Of a DNA stretch of 32,917 nucleotides, positions 27,566 to 32,917 are shown in pieces (position 1 is the stretch's first letter; each line of letters opens with the position of its first letter). This DNA comes from Candidatus Micrarchaeota archaeon. Its GTDB lineage: Archaea > Micrarchaeota > Micrarchaeia > Norongarragalinales > UBA97. A model generated the notes under the pieces. It had not been told where the DNA came from. It ran no database searches and was given only the letters and a program-made list of their open reading frames with translations. The position numbers and the translations under genes are program-made. Where the stretch lies: contig JAJXUZ010000003.1 of assembly GCA_021782355.1 (NCBI GenBank), positions 1 through 32,917 on the forward strand. Reading direction: 5' to 3'.

Positions 27566-28267
27566 TTATTTTGTAATAATTGGAGCTAAGATTGTTTTAC
27601 TGTTCCAATACTTGCAATTTTTTGGAGGATTTACATTACATATTTGATATTGATAATTTGAAAATCCTGCTTCTTGCAGTTTGTGTAAATGTTCTTTAGA
27701 AAACTCGCTTTTTTCATCAGAATAATAGGTAAGAATTCCGCCTTTGACTAATATTCTGTGGGCTTGTTTAAAAAAAGAAAAATGATTGCAGTGAATTTCT
27801 TTGGCGGATAGAGGATAGGTATCAAATAGAATTCCGTCAAAACTGTTTTGTTTTAATTTTGGAACAACATCTTGCCAAAAACCTAAATGAGTGAAAAGTT
27901 TTTTGTTTTTAATCTCATCTTGATGGAGAATCATACATTTTTCAAGTACCTGAGGATGGCATTCAATTACAGTGTGGGAGTCAATTTTTTTGTTAGATAA
28001 AATGAAGTTGGCAGAAATTCCCATGCCATAACCTACTTCGAGGATATTACCTCCCTTGCTGCAAGCAATATCCGAAAGAACTTTCATATATTTTCGTTCC
28101 CAATCTTCCATTACAGGATGACCGGCAATAGAAAGCGTAGATTTGGTGTAAATGGCAGGGGAACTTATCCAGTTTTGTTTTCCTAAAAAACCGATTTTAA
28201 GCCGACTTAGTTTGGTGGCAAGAATGGTGTTTCGCCTCTGTTTTTTTTGTGTAGTCGGTTTGTTCAA
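27566..28267 (-). CDS. Guanidinoacetate N-methyltransferase-like (GAMT/RMT2 family) SAM methyltransferase
   Basis: GHPVMEDWE..YM, LEVGYGMGISA, IEC, WQDV, FDGILFDTYPLS, GGILTY, PPKNCKY. Confidence 0.85.
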   Translation of the reverse strand: MNKPTTQKKQRRNTILATKLSRLKIGFLGKQNWISSPAIYTKSTLSIAGHPVMEDWERKYMKVLSDIACSKGGNILEVGYGMGISANFILSNKKIDSHTVIECHPQVLEKCMILHQDEIKNKKLFTHLGFWQDVVPKLKQNSFDGILFDTYPLSAKEIHCNHFSFFKQAHRILVKGGILTYYSDEKSEFSKEHLHKLQEAGFSNYQYQICNVNPPKNCKYWNSKTILAPIITK

Positions 28268-28529
28268 ATCAATTAGCTCGGATAAAATCTAAACTCCCAA
28301 AATACTATTGAAATTAATATACCCAAAGTTGTAAAAATGAAAGGTAAATCGATTTTAAAAACATTAAAATTAGAAGAAGTAAATTTTGTTTTGCAAGCAG
28401 AGCAAACCAATAGTCAAATCACCAATTAAATGTTAAACAAATCTTTAACAAAAAGCTTACACATTTGAAATATTTAACTATTAAGTTAGAAGAATTTATA
28501 AAAAAAAGTAAAAAGAAGCGATAAGAAGA

Positions 28530-28616
28530 CTAGTCAAGCCAAGTGGGAAAAAGTTTGTTGCCTATGAAATAACTAAGCACTCCCACCGCCACCCCAAAAA
28601 CAAAATCTTCAATCAT
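28530..28616 (-). CDS. 28-aa single-TM microprotein (MIEDFVFGVAVGVLSYFIGNKLFPTWLD); last gene of the hairpin-protein operon
   Basis: Translated by hand; AAGGAG RBS upstream, hydrophobic core, T-rich terminator after the stop. Not in the ORF track. Confidence 0.65.
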   Translation of the reverse strand: MIEDFVFGVAVGVLSYFIGNKLFPTWLD

Positions 28617-28648
28617 TTTATTTTTTAGACTCCTTTAGACTAAAGTAA

Positions 28649-28954
28649 TTAATGGTTCCAGATTACCTTCCTACTTGACTCCATACGTTGAATTCTTTGT
28701 TCGCGTAATGCGTGATAATAAACTGCGCCGAACCCGCAAACTACTGAAATTACTGGTATGTATTGGATTACTAAGAAGTATATGCCAATGACTGCAAGAA
28801 TCATAGTGTAAAGTTCGAAGTGGGCGGCTTCTTTCCAGAGTGGAACGTAACCTTTTATGTAGTCCCACCTGGTGCTTCTTGACAAAAGTGGCTTTTGGTA
28901 TTCGGAAATTACCGTAGTTGATTGAATTTGTGGATCGTATATTGATTGTGCCAT
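28649..28954 (-). CDS. Two-TM hairpin membrane protein, paralog subfamily B
   Basis: TTV..KPLL..TRWDYIKGYVPLW, two TMs, RKVIW; AGGAG RBS. Confidence 0.8.
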   Translation of the reverse strand: MAQSIYDPQIQSTTVISEYQKPLLSRSTRWDYIKGYVPLWKEAAHFELYTMILAVIGIYFLVIQYIPVISVVCGFGAVYYHALREQRIQRMESSRKVIWNH

Positions 28955-28969
28955 TTTTTTCTAATCTCC

Positions 28970-29407
28970 TTATGCAGCGTACATTAAGGTCTTACCCTTA
29001 AGCCAGCCGATACCCCAAGCGTTGTTCAACAAACGTTCACTGTAAAAGTATCCGGTTAAGTAGGCAAATACTCCAGCAACATAAACGCTTACGTACGCCC
29101 AAGTGACAAACATCAAAATAAAGCAAACTGCAGAGTATACCCAAGCAGAATATGCTCCACCGAAGTTTCCTCCGTGCATTGATGGGTCAAAGGCTTCCTC
29201 TAAAACATCCTTTCTGGTAATGATATCAGTAGTGTGAACTGGAACATTGGTGTCTCCTCTGCAGTTCATCGAGTCTCCTTTTGGTGAACCCATAGGAACG
29301 AACATTGGAACAAATGCCTTTTCTGATGAAGCGGAAGCTGATGCTGATGACTCCATAATGGAGGCGTTGGACTTTATGCTGTTTTTTGCTTGTGATAGTG
29401 TTCTCAT
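28970..29407 (-). CDS. Two-TM hairpin membrane protein, paralog subfamily A
   Basis: VPMFVP, TRKDVL, two TMs ending TGYFYSE, KGKTLM. Confidence 0.8.
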   Translation of the reverse strand: MRTLSQAKNSIKSNASIMESSASASASSEKAFVPMFVPMGSPKGDSMNCRGDTNVPVHTTDIITRKDVLEEAFDPSMHGGNFGGAYSAWVYSAVCFILMFVTWAYVSVYVAGVFAYLTGYFYSERLLNNAWGIGWLKGKTLMYAA

Positions 29408-29409
29408 AA

Positions 29410-29691
29410 TTATTCCGCCAATATAATTTTACGTTGAGAGTTAAGGATGTAATCGGACAAACCTACTCTCGAATAGAAAATTGCAGCTGCTGCAAAGGCA
29501 ACTACACTTACTATAAAAATTCCTTTTAAGAGGAAAAGTAATCCGACAACGGCGCTGATTATAGCATAAGAATAGTTTCTTCTTCTGCTTAACCAGAATG
29601 GAAGATATCTCATCAAATAATCATACCTTACGGTCTCCCTTAATTGAGGGTGCTTTAAATCTGCCATTACCGTGGTTTCGCCGTATTGCAT
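29410..29691 (-). CDS. Two-TM hairpin membrane protein, paralog subfamily B
   Basis: TTV..HPQL..VRYDYLMRYLPFW, two TMs, RKIIL. Confidence 0.8.
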   Translation of the reverse strand: MQYGETTVMADLKHPQLRETVRYDYLMRYLPFWLSRRRNYSYAIISAVVGLLFLLKGIFIVSVVAFAAAAIFYSRVGLSDYILNSQRKIILAE

Positions 29692-29702
29692 ATTTAATCA
29701 TC

Positions 29703-29921
29703 CTAAATTATTTTTATTGAAATTGCATAATACAAAATACTTGCCAGAACTGCGGCATAAACAATCCAGTCTGGAACTGGAAAACCTAAACCGAAGCCGT
29801 TCATTGCTTGGTCAAAGGGAATGTGTGCGTTTTCTTTTTCAGCAATATCAGCAACTCCGAAATCTTCAAGGAGCATACCGATATGTTGGGAAATTGTTGG
29901 ATGTTTAATTGGGCTTGACAT
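29703..29921 (-). CDS. Small C-terminally anchored membrane protein
   Basis: AGGAGG RBS; C-terminal TM PDWIVYAAVLASILYYAI. Confidence 0.75.
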   Translation of the reverse strand: MSSPIKHPTISQHIGMLLEDFGVADIAEKENAHIPFDQAMNGFGLGFPVPDWIVYAAVLASILYYAISIKII

Positions 29922-29936
29922 TTTTTGTTCCTCCTT

Positions 29937-30332
29937 TTAATCCACCAAAACAATGGTACGATTTTTTCCATATTGAAAAACGATGAAGTTATACCACCAG
30001 GCCAAATCTAACAATCTGCCGGCAACTATAAGGCAAAGAAATCCACCGATTGGAAAGGTTGAGAGCATCAATGCTCCAATTACCACTAAAATCAAACCCA
30101 TTGCCTTAGTAATTATTCCATACTTCCAAAAACCTACGAACTCTGACAAGTATTCCCATCTTGTCCACTGCCTCATATTTGGTGGCAAGTTTGGCTTTTG
30201 CTCAACTGGCATGAAGGTACTTTGCATATCGCTTTCTGCTTGAGATGGATTAGAGGGCATACTCACTAATTGTGATTGAGCAGATGCGTTATCTGCCAAT
30301 TGTGGAGCAATTGCGATATGTTCGTGTGCCAT
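29937..30332 (-). CDS. Two-TM hairpin membrane protein, paralog subfamily B
   Basis: TFMP..KPNL..TRWEYLSEFVGFW, two TMs, RTIVL. Confidence 0.8.
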   Translation of the reverse strand: MAHEHIAIAPQLADNASAQSQLVSMPSNPSQAESDMQSTFMPVEQKPNLPPNMRQWTRWEYLSEFVGFWKYGIITKAMGLILVVIGALMLSTFPIGGFLCLIVAGRLLDLAWWYNFIVFQYGKNRTIVLVD

Positions 30333-30348
30333 TTTTTATTCCTTTTTT

Positions 30349-30738
30349 TTAAGTTGATTCGAGAAGTCTGCGCCCCTTGAAAAGGTTGTTGATTGTAAAT
30401 CCCTTAACTACATATTCTCCGTAAGCATAACCTGCAAACAATCCGGCTGCAGCAGCCAAATATCCATTTACGAATAATAAAAATACAGCAGCAATTGCAG
30501 AAAGAATGGTTGCTACAAGCATTACACGCCACATTACCCAAGTTCCAATTCCTTGGTTCAAGAATGATTGACGAGTAGATACATTGGCAATGTTTCTTCC
30601 AAATGTTCGGGTGGGAAGGAACATAGGAATTGGTGCAAATTCTGGAGCCTTATTTTTAACTATGCCAGCTTTTGTTAAATCTTGGAGTTCGGCTAAACCC
30701 ACTTGTCTAATTTTTTTTAATTCTACGCGGTCTGCCAT
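30349..30738 (-). CDS. Two-TM hairpin membrane protein, paralog subfamily A
   Basis: IPMFLP, TRQSFL, two TMs ending AGYAYGE, KGRRLL; AGGTG RBS. Confidence 0.8.
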   Translation of the reverse strand: MADRVELKKIRQVGLAELQDLTKAGIVKNKAPEFAPIPMFLPTRTFGRNIANVSTRQSFLNQGIGTWVMWRVMLVATILSAIAAVFLLFVNGYLAAAAGLFAGYAYGEYVVKGFTINNLFKGRRLLEST

Positions 30739-30778
30739 TTTGTTATTTGCACCTATAAGAAGTATATGAGTTTAGTAA

Positions 30779-30786
30779 TATATAAA
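30779..30786 (-). promoter_or_regulatory. TATA box (TTTATATA) of the hairpin-protein operon
   Basis: Consensus archaeal TATA about 40 nt upstream of the ATG at 30738. Confidence 0.5.
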
Positions 30787-30918
30787 CTGCTCGGTAGTAA
30801 CAAATAATTAGACGATTGACTTTAATTTGGACGTTAAACGAAAGGTAGTTTTTTTTGTTTTTTAGAGTGTTTTAATCAAAAGGCTTAAATGAATTGTTTG
30901 ATTGTTTAATATGTAAAA

Positions 30919-31344
30919 ATGGAACTACCAATTTCAATTATTGTTGTTTTATTCATTGCATTAATAGTAGGAGTGTTAGTGGTTACTTTCAGCCAACAAA
31001 CAATTGGACAGGCTGGAACAGATTTGAAAGGAGTTACAGGCGGATTTTCAAATAATAATGCAAATACTAATTCCCCTTTAATTGAAGTTTCATCTATTAG
31101 TCCTAGTCAAGTTGCAGGATTAATTGATAGTTGCTATTCTACCAGTTACGGACAATCGCTTGGAGATAGAAATTGTTACATTATTCACGGAACATCTTCT
31201 TTTGATTTGGGAGCAAATTCTCAAACTATTCTTTCAGACTTAACTCAAGCCAATGCAAGTGATGTGAATATTGTACCGGGTTCAAGTAATACTGTTTTGA
31301 TTAATTGGGTATTATCAAGCTCATCGGTCGAGGTGACCACTTAA
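30919..31344 (+). CDS. Pilin-like protein (N-terminal hydrophobic helix, no cleavable leader)
   Basis: MELPISIIVVLFIALIVG resembles mature archaeal pilin-like N-termini; two Cys. Confidence 0.65.
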   Translation: MELPISIIVVLFIALIVGVLVVTFSQQTIGQAGTDLKGVTGGFSNNNANTNSPLIEVSSISPSQVAGLIDSCYSTSYGQSLGDRNCYIIHGTSSFDLGANSQTILSDLTQANASDVNIVPGSSNTVLINWVLSSSSVEVTT

Positions 31345-32000
31345 TGAAGGAAAATAAAAATAAAATTTCTGCTTTCTTCGACTCTTTTAAAATGAAAAGA
31401 GGAGTGGAAATGGCCATTCAAATTTTCATTGTTCTTTTTGTCCTTCTTGCAGTTGCTATGTTGGTTCTTCAATTAGTCACCACACAGTTTTCAAAACAAC
31501 AGGCAAGTATTTCCAAACTTCAACAACAGCAACAATTGGCTCAACAAACAGCAAATGCACAAGCAGAATGTAACAATGCTTGCGTATGCGACACATTAAG
31601 TGATGAGGCATCTTACTGCACTAAACTTGTAAGTGGAGGATTAGATGCCCTAGGAGATGGAAACCTAAACCAATACACTGACAAGGCAATTATTGGAGTA
31701 GGAGCTTGTGAAAATAATATTTATTGTTCTCAAGTAAGTTCTTGCACCTGTGGCGGATTACAATTAACTATGAAGAATTGCATTAGCATCATTTGCCAGC
31801 AACTTTCGGCCGATGGGGTACCAGCAAACCTACAAACTCAAAAACTTCAAGAATTCATACACTTATTACCTACCGCCCCAGCAACTTGCGTAGACCCAAC
31901 AACCGGACAACAAGCTACTACCAATGAAAGCGGAAGTTGGTATATGTCACTTTATACTGACGCAAATGGAAATCCAATACCTCCAAGTTGCCCGGGTTAA
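31344..32000 (+). CDS. Class III signal peptide (pilin-like) Cys-rich protein
   Basis: ATG 31344 (TAATG overlap, GAGGTGA RBS); KMKRG|VEMAIQIFIVLFVLL; 12 Cys. Confidence 0.75.
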   Translation: MKENKNKISAFFDSFKMKRGVEMAIQIFIVLFVLLAVAMLVLQLVTTQFSKQQASISKLQQQQQLAQQTANAQAECNNACVCDTLSDEASYCTKLVSGGLDALGDGNLNQYTDKAIIGVGACENNIYCSQVSSCTCGGLQLTMKNCISIICQQLSADGVPANLQTQKLQEFIHLLPTAPATCVDPTTGQQATTNESGSWYMSLYTDANGNPIPPSCPG

Positions 32001-32011
32001 AGAGCATATAA

Positions 32012-32425
32012 ATGGATCAAGCGGTTTGGTTGTATGCAGGAGTGGTTTCAGTCCTAATTGGACTGGCCATAGTCGCCTCATTAGTTTACAATAGCTTTGG
32101 GGCGAACAATGCTACATTATTGCAAAATGCAGTATCCGATATTGCTGCAAAATGTGATTTTGTTTGTCAAACTGATATTGGAACACAATTGTCTACTAAT
32201 CCAACATTAGTTTCCAACTCGATTATTTATGCAAATAATTCTGCAGTATGTTATCAATATAATGGAAATTTCAATTGCGCTAGATGCGGATGTACTATTA
32301 ATCCTTATGTTTTAAATTTAACTGACCCGGCAATTGTTGAGGCTTATACCACTCATCAATTTACCTGCACAATTTCAAGAACTACCACCTCCAATGGAGA
32401 TGTTTCAATTGAATGCGCGGGGTGA
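32012..32425 (+). CDS. Pilin-like Cys-rich protein
   Basis: N-terminal TM helix and 8 Cys; lies in the pilin cluster. Confidence 0.65.
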   Translation: MDQAVWLYAGVVSVLIGLAIVASLVYNSFGANNATLLQNAVSDIAAKCDFVCQTDIGTQLSTNPTLVSNSIIYANNSAVCYQYNGNFNCARCGCTINPYVLNLTDPAIVEAYTTHQFTCTISRTTTSNGDVSIECAG

Positions 32426-32792
32426 AATTACTTCTGAAGTAATGGTTTGGTTAGTAGTGGTTTTGGCTATTGGAATGGTATTGGTTTGGTATATTGGAAA
32501 TTTGTATTTATATCGTCAGCCGATTGAAAAGTCTGCAGCTGATGCAAGGAATATTGCAGACTTGGTAAATCAAGGATGTAATTTGGCTTATTTTAATGCA
32601 AGTTATAATCCAGTTACGGAAACCGGTAATTTATCAGTGGCAAATAGCACAATTTGTATTAATAATTTGGGAGCAAGTTCGTGTTATAAAACCGCTTGTA
32701 ATTTCAATTATTATAACACCACCATAGATTTAAGCACAGTTACTGAAATTTATGTGATAAATAATGGACAGATTCAGATTTATGGAAGTTAG
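32409..32792 (+). CDS. Class III signal peptide pilin-like protein
   Basis: TTG 32409 (or ATG 32400) after GGAG; NARG|EITSEVMVWLVVVL with Glu at +5. Confidence 0.72.
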   Translation: MNARGEITSEVMVWLVVVLAIGMVLVWYIGNLYLYRQPIEKSAADARNIADLVNQGCNLAYFNASYNPVTETGNLSVANSTICINNLGASSCYKTACNFNYYNTTIDLSTVTEIYVINNGQIQIYGS

Positions 32793-32917
32793 AGGACAAT
32801 ATGGTGTTTTAACTTCGTTTTTTTTAATAGTAGTTATAATTGGATTGATGATTTTTTTGGCATATTTTAACTCGTTAAGAATTGCTCAACCAAATTATAT
32901 TGTAAACGAATATTCCA
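32782..32917 (+). CDS. Class III signal peptide pilin-like protein, partial (runs off the window)
   Basis: Translated by hand: MEVRG|QYGVLTSFFLIVVIIGLMIFLAYF... Not in the ORF track. Confidence 0.7.
   Translation, partial: MEVRGQYGVLTSFFLIVVIIGLMIFLAYFNSLRIAQPNYIVNEYS

Noticed and set aside
28530-30738. Small ORFs as fragments of one frameshifted pseudogene, or as a phage holin module
   Set aside because: Most have their own RBS and five repeat the same complete architecture; there are no viral hallmark genes nearby.
1632-30769. Short ORF-track entries overlapping longer genes (e.g. 1632, 2763, 4561, 4574, 6187, 8677, 9138, 10489, 12718, 13170, 13572, 14310, 14512, 15093, 17407, 17610, 19681, 20582, 22590, 23234, 26430, 26587, 28671, 29672, 29983, 30584)
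   Set aside because: Antisense or alternate-frame shadows of well-supported genes, with no recognisable motifs.
31490-31565. CAA-rich poly-Gln stretch
   Set aside because: Coding low-complexity helix in a pilin-like protein, not a separate repeat element.
1-32917. CRISPR array, tRNA, transposase/integrase, reverse transcriptase or DGR
   Set aside because: By eye I found no spaced direct repeats, cloverleaf or corresponding protein motifs; a formal scan was not possible.

Overview
AT-rich archaeal chromosomal window, most consistent with a DPANN-type lineage such as Micrarchaeota or Iainarchaeota (inferred from gene content, an unlinked 5S rRNA and the pilin-like genes). Core genes are rps8e, gar1-tfb, a histone, RecJ-like DHH nuclease, rpoK, Rqc2/NFACT, trm5, nre, a short XPF, pyrG, archaeal ppcA and MscS. 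These are interspersed with accessory genes. The strongest candidate for an undescribed system is a tightly packed seven-gene minus-strand operon (28530-30738). It encodes five mutually paralogous two-TM hairpin membrane proteins in two subfamilies, plus two single-TM small proteins, one of them a 28-aa ORF missing from the ORF track. It is transcribed divergently from a cluster of Cys-rich pilin-like (class III signal peptide) genes. Other notable items are a degenerate-Nudix/Zn-deaminase fusion in an operon with a TraB/TIKI-like protein and a motif-altered HAM1, a protein closely resembling animal guanidinoacetate methyltransferase, a histone lacking key DNA-contacting residues, a truncated Rqc2, a compact AglB-like protein, and several operator-like or terminator-like inverted repeats. 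All family assignments come from recalled motifs; no database searches were run.
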